From a virus, in the UHGV virus genome UHGV-1430915: a DNA stretch of 64,000 nt; one strand, 5' to 3'. Below, in pieces: positions 17,233 through 25,906 of this stretch (positions are counted from its first letter, which is position 1; each line of letters starts with the position of its first letter). The notes beneath the pieces were generated by a model. That model made no database searches. It worked only from the letters and a program-made list of their open reading frames with translations, and was not told the DNA's origin. The position numbers and the translations under genes were made by a program.

Positions 17233-17946
17233 ATGCTGAATACTAAACTGATCGACAACCTGGAAAAACTGTCTCAGCCTGAAAACTACCTTTGGTCTGC
17301 CAACTGGGTGGAAAATTGGAACCGTGTAGCAGCTAAAGTGAAAAAATCATACACACCATTCGAACTTCAGCTGAGTTTCATTGAGGAAGAGTTCAATGAA
17401 GTTTTGGAAGAGTTGGAGAAAGGTGATGGTGGGGATCATCTCCTAAAAGAGGCCTGCGATCTTCACGTTGTCACAAGTTATGCCGCTTATCTTGTTAACG
17501 ATAACCATGAAAAGTGGTCAAACCTGTTTGATAATCCGCGAGGTCTTAAGTTTAAGATCGGTGAATTTTATGATACACTGATCGCTGCGAAAAATACCTC
17601 TAAGCAAAGAGCGTCCGCTTACCGCTTAGCAGAGCTGTCAACGGCTTTACTGTTCCAGCTTCGCGGTGATGTGTGCGGGATGATGCGGAAGGTTCTAAAA
17701 TCTAATGACAGCAAGTTTGCACGTGTCAACCATCTGCGGCATTCACACGGTGCCAGTGCAGATATGCCTGCTGAACAACTCATCGAGTTGGAGATTAAAG
17801 ATCTTGAGCGACGCTTTGATGGTCGCTATGAAGGTTTTGTTGCTAAAGAAGAATTCTACAACGGAAATAAAGTTATCATATTCCTCGACAGTAAAGGTAA
17901 GATTATGAAGCCTTCAAGCTTCAAGGATGTAACAGAATATATTTAA
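17233..17946 (+). CDS. MazG-like nucleoside triphosphate pyrophosphohydrolase domain protein
   Basis: EExxE...D signature IEEEFNEVLEELEKGD...EACDLH. Confidence 0.45.
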   Translation: MLNTKLIDNLEKLSQPENYLWSANWVENWNRVAAKVKKSYTPFELQLSFIEEEFNEVLEELEKGDGGDHLLKEACDLHVVTSYAAYLVNDNHEKWSNLFDNPRGLKFKIGEFYDTLIAAKNTSKQRASAYRLAELSTALLFQLRGDVCGMMRKVLKSNDSKFARVNHLRHSHGASADMPAEQLIELEIKDLERRFDGRYEGFVAKEEFYNGNKVIIFLDSKGKIMKPSSFKDVTEYI

Positions 17947-17953
17947 TAACATA

Positions 17954-17980
17954 GCCGGGGCGATCCCGGCTTTACTTGTT
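17954..17980 (+). terminator. intrinsic terminator
   Basis: GCCGGG-gcgat-CCCGGC followed by TTTACTTGTTT. Confidence 0.5.
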
Positions 17981-18010
17981 TCGGAAAGTATGCAAGTGAG
18001 GTAGAAAGTT

Positions 18011-18319
18011 ATGTACAAGCACTCCAGAGATCTTGAAAACGATGATGTGTTTGGGGATCAGATGAAAGAATTGGTTAAACTTATAGGTAGGATAGAGGAT
18101 AAGTTTGACACTAAGATCTACATCGACAGCAAAGTATTCAACCACAAAATATGGACAAATCTGTGTGTTGGACTGCATGGAGATAAAGATGTGGTAAATT
18201 TAGTTGTAATTAAGTTCATAGTGTGGCAGAATAAAACTATAAATTATTACGATCCACACCTACTTGTTTACCCGATAAAAGACCTATTAGAGAAGGAGGA
18301 CTGCAATGCCGTTATTTAA
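18011..18319 (+). CDS. hypothetical protein
   Basis: 102-aa ORF. Confidence 0.5.
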   Translation: MYKHSRDLENDDVFGDQMKELVKLIGRIEDKFDTKIYIDSKVFNHKIWTNLCVGLHGDKDVVNLVVIKFIVWQNKTINYYDPHLLVYPIKDLLEKEDCNAVI

Positions 18320-18575
18320 TCTTGCTAGACCTGTAGAAGCACACCAGTTTGACGGAAGCTCTTCATCAGTATCTGATCTGCAACGGTGGATTGATACAGG
18401 TGTGTTTACACCGTCACCTGTTCGGACCAGAGATATTCTTCGCATGTGTGAGCTTGTCGAGCCGTTTGGTAACCTGGTCTTGTACCAAGGGGATTGGTTA
18501 GTTGACTTTATGGGAGACTGGTTGGTAATGAGCAAAGAAGAGATGTTTAAAATTTTTAAGGAAGAGGCTGAGTAA
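18306..18575 (+). CDS. hypothetical protein
   Basis: 89-aa ORF; stop overlaps ligase start. Confidence 0.5.
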   Translation: MPLFNLARPVEAHQFDGSSSSVSDLQRWIDTGVFTPSPVRTRDILRMCELVEPFGNLVLYQGDWLVDFMGDWLVMSKEEMFKIFKEEAE

Positions 18576-19858
18576 TGCATCAGATCAAAACAACACTGTA
18601 CGCACTGAACAAAGATGGCAGCTACCAACAGTGGAAAGTATTCACGGATGGTGATAAGGTTATCGTAGAGTTTGGCAAGCTTGATGGTAAACTGCAATAC
18701 AAAGAGACGATCTGCACACCTAAGAACGTGGGTCGTGCCAATGAAACTACAGCTGAGCAACAGGCTGAGCTGGAAGCGATCAGTAAGTGGGAAAAACAAG
18801 TCCGTCTGGGGTATGTTGAAAATATGGAAGATTGCGAGCAGGGTGTTGACCTTTTACCCATGTTGGTGCATGACTACCTGAAGCGTGGAAAGGCACTTAA
18901 ATTACCTTGCTGGATTTTGCGTAAGTTAGATGGCCTTCGTCTACTGGTTGTTTTCCAAAACGGTGAGCCTAAATTTATTTCCCGTGGTAATAAGTCCTAC
19001 CCTATTCAAGGAAAGCTTCTGGAGCAACTTCGTTCTTTCCACTTCACCACCGGGATTAAACAGCTCGACGGAGAGATCTATATTCATGGTCTGCCTCTGC
19101 AGAAAATAGTGTCTCTTGCTAAACGTTGGCGCACACAGGAAGAGATTCAGGCCGAGATCGATAAAGACTACGAGGCAGATAAAAAACGCCGTCATGCCGC
19201 AATTAAGGCAGGCTTATCAACATACAAAAACTTCAATAAGGTAGATATTCCTGTTGATGTTGAGCCTGTTCGTGATGATTTGCGTTACGGAGGGTACTGT
19301 AGCTATGACTTAGAGTATCATATTTTCGACATCCCTAGTGACAAGGTATGGTGGGATCCAGAAACAGAATCTGGACGATGCAAGGATCTTATGGATGCAG
19401 AAGATACCATTACCACCCTGATGCTTGACCATATCAAGGTTGTTGACGCAGAGCTTGCGTACACAGTTGATCATTGCGAAGAATCTGTTGGTGTATTCAT
19501 GTCCGAAGGATATGAAGGTACTATCATGCGTAACTTCTGCGGTAAATATGAATATGGTCAGCGAACATCTGAAGCATTGAAATGGAAAAAGTTCAACGAT
19601 GCTGAGGTGAAAGTTATTGACGTTGAGAAAGATAAGAATGATGAAGGTGTTCTTATCTGCGTTGACAAGGAAGGTATCGTTGTTAAAATGAAGATGAAAG
19701 GCACGCACGAGGAGCGTAGCTATGACAGGATGCAGGAAATGATCGGCAAGTTTGTCACCTTCAAATATCAAGCAAGGACAGAAGACAACAACTACCAATT
19801 CCCTGTCGGCATCTGCGTCCGAAATGTTAACCCTGACACTTGGGAGGTTCTGGAATGA
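18575..19858 (+). CDS. ATP-dependent DNA ligase
   Basis: motif I KLDGLR (KxDGxR), motif IV-like EGYEGTIMRN, motif V LKWKK; 427 aa. Confidence 0.65.
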   Translation: MHQIKTTLYALNKDGSYQQWKVFTDGDKVIVEFGKLDGKLQYKETICTPKNVGRANETTAEQQAELEAISKWEKQVRLGYVENMEDCEQGVDLLPMLVHDYLKRGKALKLPCWILRKLDGLRLLVVFQNGEPKFISRGNKSYPIQGKLLEQLRSFHFTTGIKQLDGEIYIHGLPLQKIVSLAKRWRTQEEIQAEIDKDYEADKKRRHAAIKAGLSTYKNFNKVDIPVDVEPVRDDLRYGGYCSYDLEYHIFDIPSDKVWWDPETESGRCKDLMDAEDTITTLMLDHIKVVDAELAYTVDHCEESVGVFMSEGYEGTIMRNFCGKYEYGQRTSEALKWKKFNDAEVKVIDVEKDKNDEGVLICVDKEGIVVKMKMKGTHEERSYDRMQEMIGKFVTFKYQARTEDNNYQFPVGICVRNVNPDTWEVLE

Positions 19859-19982
19859 TGTAGGAAGGTTTAGTAGGTAACGGTAGCCAATTGAATGATG
19901 GTTTTTCAATTGGCACCTACATAACCACATTATGCAGTGTTGTTGATCGGGTTAGTTATGAGTAAATTGGAGAGTATGAAAA

Positions 19983-20453
19983 ATGAAACTTGATAAAAAT
20001 GTTCAACGAAAAGCTTTCTTGGATATGATCGCATATTCAGAAGGTACAGATAATGGTAGACAACCTACCAAGGATCGGGGCTATGATGTCATAGTCGGTG
20101 GCAAGCTGTTTAGCGATTACAGTAAGCATCCAGGTGTGTACGTTAAGCTAAATGCTAAACTTACCTCCTCTGCTGCGGGGCGCTACCAAGTTTTGGAGAA
20201 GTTTGCTAAACACTATATGAAACAGTTAGGATTACCAGATTTTGGCCCTGCCAGTCAGGATAAGATCGCACTACAATTGATCCGTGAGTGCAAGGCGCTC
20301 GATGATATTGATGAAGGTCGTATTCATCAGGCCATCCATCTTTGCAGATCCCGATGGGCAAGCCTTCCTGGTGCAGGGTATGGTCAGCACGAACAGAAGA
20401 TCGAAAAGTTGATCGAGGTGTTTAAAAAGTCAGGCGGTGTTGTCCTAGATTAA
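19983..20453 (+). CDS. R: endolysin, lambda R-like lytic transglycosylase
   Basis: near-colinear match to lambda R: QRKAFLDMIAYSEGTDNGRQ, GYDVIVGG, AGRYQ, WASLPGAGYGQ; catalytic Glu in YSEGT. Confidence 0.9.
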   Translation: MKLDKNVQRKAFLDMIAYSEGTDNGRQPTKDRGYDVIVGGKLFSDYSKHPGVYVKLNAKLTSSAAGRYQVLEKFAKHYMKQLGLPDFGPASQDKIALQLIRECKALDDIDEGRIHQAIHLCRSRWASLPGAGYGQHEQKIEKLIEVFKKSGGVVLD

Positions 20454-20516
20454 TCATTGACATGACCACACGGATGTGGTATTGTTACCCAGTAAAATGT
20501 TAAGGAGAGTTTAACC

Positions 20517-20723
20517 ATGAAAGATTTTCTGTTGGCAATTTTATTCATGGCAGCATGCTTTGCCTGTGGTGTCGTGTTTGCAGGTGAAACAGCGTATCTT
20601 GTAGATGTATATCGGGACAATGGTAAACGTATTTGCCTTTATGAAACAAGCCAAGGTGAGCTCTACGAGCTTGTGAAACAAGGCGAGGCTGGATCTTGTC
20701 CTCGGACTCACTTCTTCGAATAA
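20517..20723 (+). CDS. small protein with N-terminal hydrophobic or lipoprotein-like segment
   Basis: 68 aa, LLAILFMAACFACGVVFAG at N-terminus; directly downstream of endolysin. Confidence 0.45.
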   Translation: MKDFLLAILFMAACFACGVVFAGETAYLVDVYRDNGKRICLYETSQGELYELVKQGEAGSCPRTHFFE

Positions 20724-20733
20724 TGGTGGTAAT

Positions 20734-20952
20734 ATGGCTTTAGAAGGCACTGATTATATTCACGATTATCGTGGGAGTGCAGTGTATGTGGGAGATACTG
20801 TTGCAGTATACTACGGTTATGGTTCCCTAGAAACAGCGAAGGTCATACAGATCAAGAATGACCGTGCTAAGCTTGAAGTTTATTACTCTAATGGCGAAAG
20901 ATCGATTTCTAAGTGGAAAGATGGTCATTGTATGGTCAAATTGGAGGGCTGA
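20734..20952 (+). CDS. hypothetical protein
   Basis: 72-aa ORF. Confidence 0.45.
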   Translation: MALEGTDYIHDYRGSAVYVGDTVAVYYGYGSLETAKVIQIKNDRAKLEVYYSNGERSISKWKDGHCMVKLEG

Positions 20953-21416
20953 TGGAAGACGGACGTTTAATGAAGTCTGAACGCAGGCTTATTGTGCAAC
21001 TGATCCCGGAAACAGCTTGGTATAATAACCTCAGAAACGCTGTGAAGAAGAGTGAGTGGGATAAGATCCGTAAGAAGTGCTACAGAGAAGCCAACTACAC
21101 TTGTGAGGTGTGCGGTGGTAAAGGCAGCAAACATCCGGTGGAGTGTCATGAACTTTACACTTTCGAAGAGGGAGTGATCCGGCTTGTCGGACTGATAGCG
21201 TTGTGCCCAGATTGTCACACATCGGTGCATCCTGGTTTAGCAAATATCCGTGGAAAGTATGCTCAGGCAGTTAATCAGTTGGCTAAGGTGAATAAGATCA
21301 CCAAGGGTATGGCAGAGGCGTATTACCGAGACTGCTTTGCAGAGTGGCGTGAGCTTAGTAAAGTTCCAGAATGGAAGACTGACTTTTCGTGGATAGAGGG
21401 TTACCTTGATGGCTAA
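20913..21416 (+). CDS. HNH-like zinc-finger nuclease candidate; start uncertain
   Basis: CEVCGG...VECHEL...LCPDCH pattern; alternative start at 20970. Confidence 0.4.
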   Translation: MERWSLYGQIGGLMEDGRLMKSERRLIVQLIPETAWYNNLRNAVKKSEWDKIRKKCYREANYTCEVCGGKGSKHPVECHELYTFEEGVIRLVGLIALCPDCHTSVHPGLANIRGKYAQAVNQLAKVNKITKGMAEAYYRDCFAEWRELSKVPEWKTDFSWIEGYLDG

Positions 21417-21699
21417 GAAACCTGTAAAAGAGAAATTCGATAAGACAGCTTTTGTATTTGATACGCCTCTGGACGACATTATCAGAGGTATGCAAGCACT
21501 GTATCGAAAGGCTGAATCTGAGCAGTTGTCTGAATCAGAACTTTACTGGCTTGGTTGGTGGGAGTTAAACCTGCCTAAAGCTGAAAGTTCTTGTCTGAGA
21601 ACTGTTAAAACGTGCGCCCAAGAAAACGCCGCACTTGGAATCTACCACAAAAGGAAAAGACCAACAAAAAGCTCTCCAAGAAAGACTAAAAAGTCTTGA
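21406..21699 (+). CDS. hypothetical protein
   Basis: 97-aa ORF with basic C-terminus. Confidence 0.45.
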   Translation: MMAKKPVKEKFDKTAFVFDTPLDDIIRGMQALYRKAESEQLSESELYWLGWWELNLPKAESSCLRTVKTCAQENAALGIYHKRKRPTKSSPRKTKKS

Positions 21700-21725
21700 C
21701 AAAAGTGCTATTAATCTGATATTAT
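21696..21725 (+). promoter_or_regulatory. sigma70-like promoter
   Basis: TTGACA-18 nt-TATTAT, ~35 nt upstream of 21759 with AGGAG RBS. Confidence 0.6.
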
Positions 21726-21758
21726 CAGTCAGATATTTATAAACTAGGAGAACTAGAC

Positions 21759-22067
21759 ATGCTTAAAATTTTTATTGTTGAAGATAAAGATATTGTCCAG
21801 TTGTATGCAAACGAGAATCATAAAGGTATGATCCTGAAGAAGGCAAGCAACCTTCATGAAAACACCATTCAACCTGGCGATGTAATTAAGATCTGTGGCT
21901 ATCTGATACCAGACTCCTTGATGAAAATAACCCACCACTGGGGGTCTAATCCGTTCCTTTTTGAAAAATATTGGGATGTTGAGTCACTTATTGCAGAGAG
22001 TGATGATGCATTCCATTACAGCATCCAACCATCTTGCAGAATAACTAACAGGAGGGTCTTTGAGTAG
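21759..22067 (+). CDS. hypothetical protein
   Basis: 102-aa ORF with RBS. Confidence 0.55.
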   Translation: MLKIFIVEDKDIVQLYANENHKGMILKKASNLHENTIQPGDVIKICGYLIPDSLMKITHHWGSNPFLFEKYWDVESLIAESDDAFHYSIQPSCRITNRRVFE

Positions 22068-23199
22068 AGAATATCCGCTTATTGAGTCCATAGATTGTCT
22101 AGCTGATCTTCTTGAACCTGACGCTATAGTTTATTATGACTTCGATCAGGTTGCATATCAAGCTGCAGCAAGTTGTGAAAAAAGGACAATTGAGGTAACA
22201 CATAAAGCCTCAGGACGTAAGAAGGTGTTTAAAACACGAACAGAGTTTTGGGGGAGACAGAAGAACGCAGTTGGTGGTTGGTTAAAGGCTGAGAACACCA
22301 ACCGTGAAGCTGCATGTAAAAAAGCTGGTAAGGAGTTTATTCCGTGGACACGAGAAGATTTCGATGTCTTGGATATCCAAACCCCTGATCCTGTAGAGAA
22401 CTGCTTGCACACAATTAAGTGTAAAGCTAATGCAGTCCTTAACTATCTCGGTATTCCTGAAGATCGGTGCGTAGGAGTGCTTGGGGGTACTGGTAATTTC
22501 AGACTAGATCTTCCCATGCCGGAACGATATAAAGCCAACCGTAACAATACTCTTCGACCACTGTTGCTTGAAGATGCAAGACAGTATCTCCAAAAGCAAT
22601 ATAACGCTCAAGTGATCAACGGTATTGAAGCTGACGACTGGTTAGCTATCCAGCAATTTGAAGGTTGGAACCACTACCAGAAAACAGGCAAGTTCAACAA
22701 GTTTATTATCTCTATAGATAAGGACCAGCGAACACTTCCTGGGCTTGTATTCGATCCGATGAGGAACGATAAAGGTGATTTTGTAAGAGAGACACCTATG
22801 CTCATTGATAACGGTATGGGTAACATATTCATGAAACCAAACGGCGATGTTGGTGGGTATGGAATGTTGTTCTTCGGTTATCAAATGCTATGTGGTGACT
22901 CAGCTGACAATATTAAGCCTTACCAAGGTCTTATTGGTAAAGGGAAGTTTGGAGATGCATCTGCATTCTCCTTGCTGTCCCAGTGCAGCACACCGAAAGA
23001 GATGTGGTTAACAATCATTGATCAGTATAAAAAATGGTTTCCGAAAGGTGCTGTTAAGTATACCGATTTCAATGGTATCGACCGTAGGATTTCCGTAGGT
23101 CAGTGGATGAGTATAATTTTTGACTGTTTGTATATGAAGCGAACATTCAATGATCAAACAAAACTTGTTAACGTTCTTAGAAATGTTGGAGCAATTTGA
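22060..23199 (+). CDS. 5'-3' exonuclease / flap endonuclease (T5 D15-like)
   Basis: NGIEADDWLA matches FEN GxEADD motif; GDSADNIKPYQGLIGKG matches helix-hairpin-helix region. Confidence 0.7.
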   Translation: MSREYPLIESIDCLADLLEPDAIVYYDFDQVAYQAAASCEKRTIEVTHKASGRKKVFKTRTEFWGRQKNAVGGWLKAENTNREAACKKAGKEFIPWTREDFDVLDIQTPDPVENCLHTIKCKANAVLNYLGIPEDRCVGVLGGTGNFRLDLPMPERYKANRNNTLRPLLLEDARQYLQKQYNAQVINGIEADDWLAIQQFEGWNHYQKTGKFNKFIISIDKDQRTLPGLVFDPMRNDKGDFVRETPMLIDNGMGNIFMKPNGDVGGYGMLFFGYQMLCGDSADNIKPYQGLIGKGKFGDASAFSLLSQCSTPKEMWLTIIDQYKKWFPKGAVKYTDFNGIDRRISVGQWMSIIFDCLYMKRTFNDQTKLVNVLRNVGAI

Positions 23200-23522
23200 T
23201 GACTAAAAATTCTGTAGATAATGCAATTATGGAAGCTGTTTTTGAGGATGATCATACAACAGGGAACCTTAAAACAAAAAATACATTTATTGTTGCTACA
23301 GGTATGTGGCGGTTGTATGAAGATGACACTATTGCATACATCTTGTATACTGATGATTACGCAGATGATCGTGTATGGTCTGCTGTTTTAAAAGAAGATT
23401 GTGAGCTGATTGAGGGCGAGCGGTTATGCATGTTTACCAGCGTGGAAACAGACGTTAAGCTTTGCTCTCTTGTGCTATTCAAAGACAAAGCTTATTCCCC
23501 AGATGAAGAGGAAACAGCATGA
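23196..23522 (+). CDS. hypothetical protein
   Basis: 108-aa acidic ORF. Confidence 0.5.
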   Translation: MMTKNSVDNAIMEAVFEDDHTTGNLKTKNTFIVATGMWRLYEDDTIAYILYTDDYADDRVWSAVLKEDCELIEGERLCMFTSVETDVKLCSLVLFKDKAYSPDEEETA

Positions 23523-24148
23523 GAGAAAGACTGCTGTCTATAGACCAGTCTCTTACCCACACAGCCTGTGTTGTATGGGACGATGGTAGGCCTGTTCATA
23601 AGGTTGTGTTACGCACCCAAAGCTCATCTGCAAAAGAGAAGAAACCAGGGACGGTTTCTTTTGCAACAGCGGCTGAGCGTATTGACTGGATCTGCAAACA
23701 GGTTAGATATTATATCCACACGCACGGCGTTGACACCGTGGTTATGGAAGGGCTCTCCTTCGGATCGCGAGGAGATGCCACACGTGAACTGGCTGGGTTG
23801 TTTTACGGTCTTGAAGTTATGCTTTGGGATGCTTTAGCAGATTGTGAAAATGACGGCCTGTTTAAGGTTCACACAGTGACACCAACAACTGCCAAAAAGT
23901 TTGCTCGTAGTCATCTTCCTGAAGAACTTGCTTTTGAGGAGAAGAAAAAGCTTGACAAAAGGACAGGTAAAGAGCATACTGTGAAGAAACCTGTTACGAT
24001 GGATAAAAAGTTGATGGTTAAGGCCTGCGAAGTATCTGAACCCGGGTTCCTGGATGGGATCAACTTGGTACAAGGTAAGGCCGATCTCGCAGATGCTTAT
24101 TGGATAGGTAGGGCGCATCTGGAGGGATTATCGCAAAGCGTAAAATAA
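23519..24148 (+). CDS. hypothetical protein (possible RuvC-like resolvase)
   Basis: N-terminal LLSIDQSLTHTACVVWDD resembles RuvC/YqgF first strand; weak. Confidence 0.35.
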   Translation: MRERLLSIDQSLTHTACVVWDDGRPVHKVVLRTQSSSAKEKKPGTVSFATAAERIDWICKQVRYYIHTHGVDTVVMEGLSFGSRGDATRELAGLFYGLEVMLWDALADCENDGLFKVHTVTPTTAKKFARSHLPEELAFEEKKKLDKRTGKEHTVKKPVTMDKKLMVKACEVSEPGFLDGINLVQGKADLADAYWIGRAHLEGLSQSVK

Positions 24149-24225
24149 GAAAGAAAGCTGTCAAAGCCCCCGTCCATAGCGGGTGGCTAAAAGATTCTAA
24201 GGACATAGCCGACTTTCGGAAAGAA

Positions 24226-24705
24226 TTGTCAGAAGAGCAGGATGGTCTTGATCCAATCTTGTGCGAACCACTTCGTAAGCCTTGTTTAGATCATGATCAT
24301 CTGACTGGTCGTTGCAGGGGTGTTTTGTCCCAATGCACTAATACCTTTGAGGGGTATGTGCTTAAATACTGGATGAAATACTGTAACGAGTATACAGATT
24401 GCAGTTTATCAGAGGCGTTACGCAGGATGGCTGACTATCTGGAGAAAGACTACAGCGACTTCCCGCTCCACAAAAACTACAGAGATGATATGACAAAGTT
24501 CTTGAGGAGATGCTCTAAAGCTACGATTATTGCACGTGCAGAATCAGATCTCGGTCTTGTCATTAATTCAGAGTATACCAAGCATGAGGCTATTGAGTCC
24601 TACATGCAGGAGTTTATAAAGAAAACTGAGGAGAGAGATTTCTATGGGGACGAAAAAGGTATTCAATCCTTGCGATTCAGTTCTGATCAGGATGAAATAC
24701 CGTAA
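24226..24705 (+). CDS. recombination endonuclease VII-like protein
   Basis: PCLDHDHLTGRCRGVLSQCTN resembles T4 endo VII zinc/HDH motif. Confidence 0.55.
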   Translation: MSEEQDGLDPILCEPLRKPCLDHDHLTGRCRGVLSQCTNTFEGYVLKYWMKYCNEYTDCSLSEALRRMADYLEKDYSDFPLHKNYRDDMTKFLRRCSKATIIARAESDLGLVINSEYTKHEAIESYMQEFIKKTEERDFYGDEKGIQSLRFSSDQDEIP

Positions 24706-24865
24706 CTGGAAAGGTGTTGTTGCAGATCGCTGCGTTACTGAGCCTAATTTATGGTTTGGCTCTACAGAGTATCATAAAGAAGAGCAGTGGTTGATGCATG
24801 CATTTGACGTAGATAAGGGCGAATACCGTGACTTCGCTTTAAAAGACATTCTTCAGTTTTACTAA
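24644..24865 (+). CDS. hypothetical protein (overlapping ORF, uncertain)
   Basis: 73-aa ORF overlapping end of endo VII-like gene by ~60 nt. Confidence 0.3.
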   Translation: MGTKKVFNPCDSVLIRMKYRNWKGVVADRCVTEPNLWFGSTEYHKEEQWLMHAFDVDKGEYRDFALKDILQFY

Positions 24866-24877
24866 GGAATCTTAACG

Positions 24878-25861
24878 ATGATGACAAAGTTAACTCTTGA
24901 GCAAATTTTAACACTAAAGCAACAGGGATACACTAATAGACAAATTGCTCGTGAATTTTTAGGGCGTGAGTCGCGTGAAAGCTGGATCCGACTACAGCTT
25001 AAACGTGCACAAGAGAATATGTCAGAGATTGTAGGAGAGGCAACGGAGCGCTTCCTTGAAGAACATAAAGGTGCTAAAGTTTGGGTGTATGACACAGAGA
25101 CATCTCCAACAAACGGCTGGTTCTTTGGGCATTATAAGACCAACATTCAAACCTGCGGTATTGAAATTATGCCCTATATGCTGACTTTCGCAGGTAAGTG
25201 GTTAGATAGCCCTAGCGTGGTTGACTGTGGTCTTCCTGATTACAAAATGTGGGACGAGGATATCCACAACGATCTTGAACTGATTCAAGATTTGTGGTAT
25301 TATCTGGATAAATGTGATGTAGCAGTAGCGCACAACTCCGGTTTTGACTGTGGGTGGGCCAACCAACGATTTGCATTTCACGGTTTGCCGCCAACAAGTC
25401 CATACAAAGAGGTTGACACCCTCAAGATGATTAAAAAGGCATTCCGTTTGAATGCAAACACGTTAGAGTATGCATGTAAATACTTCCAACTGGCCCGACA
25501 GAAGCTGATTGACCACACATTTGAAATGTGGATCAAGTGTGTTCATGGTGATCTTGAGGCGTTTAAACAGATGCGGGAGTATAATGTTGGGGACATCTTG
25601 TCTCTGGAAGGCCTGTATTTGCTGGCGCGTCCGTTTGCTAAGCAGCACCCCAACATGTCATTGTACTACCAAGATGAGGAGTCAAAAGTTCGTTGCCCAC
25701 GTTGTGGTGGAGAACACCTTCACGAGGAAGAAGCTTTGGCGTATACTCAGCTGAGTGCATTTAAAACATACCGCTGCGAAGGTTGTGGATCTGTTGTTCG
25801 TGATCGTAACAACATCCGTACTAGGGAAGAGATGAAAAACACCCTTATTCAGATAATCTAA
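24878..25861 (+). CDS. DnaQ-like (DEDD) 3'-5' exonuclease with N-terminal HTH
   Basis: Exo I-like WVYDTETS, Exo II-like HNSGFDCG, Exo III-like YNVGD; C-terminal Cys pairs. Confidence 0.55.
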   Translation: MMTKLTLEQILTLKQQGYTNRQIAREFLGRESRESWIRLQLKRAQENMSEIVGEATERFLEEHKGAKVWVYDTETSPTNGWFFGHYKTNIQTCGIEIMPYMLTFAGKWLDSPSVVDCGLPDYKMWDEDIHNDLELIQDLWYYLDKCDVAVAHNSGFDCGWANQRFAFHGLPPTSPYKEVDTLKMIKKAFRLNANTLEYACKYFQLARQKLIDHTFEMWIKCVHGDLEAFKQMREYNVGDILSLEGLYLLARPFAKQHPNMSLYYQDEESKVRCPRCGGEHLHEEEALAYTQLSAFKTYRCEGCGSVVRDRNNIRTREEMKNTLIQII

Positions 25862-25869
25862 CAAATAGA

Positions 25870-25897
25870 GGGAGGCTTGCGCCTCCCTTTTCCTTTT
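25870..25897 (+). terminator. intrinsic terminator
   Basis: GGGAGGC-ttgc-GCCTCCC followed by TTTTCCTTTT. Confidence 0.65.
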
Positions 25898-25906
25898 GGA
25901 GGCACT

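Noticed and set aside
19310-19930. ORF 19310..19930 (-), 206 aa
   Set aside because: Antisense to the DNA ligase gene, which has canonical KxDG and LKWKK motifs. The translation is Leu/Phe-rich and low-complexity.
25877-25906. TTG start at 25877 for the methyltransferase
   Set aside because: It lies inside the terminator hairpin 25870-25897. The in-frame TTG at 25907 after GGAGG is more plausible.
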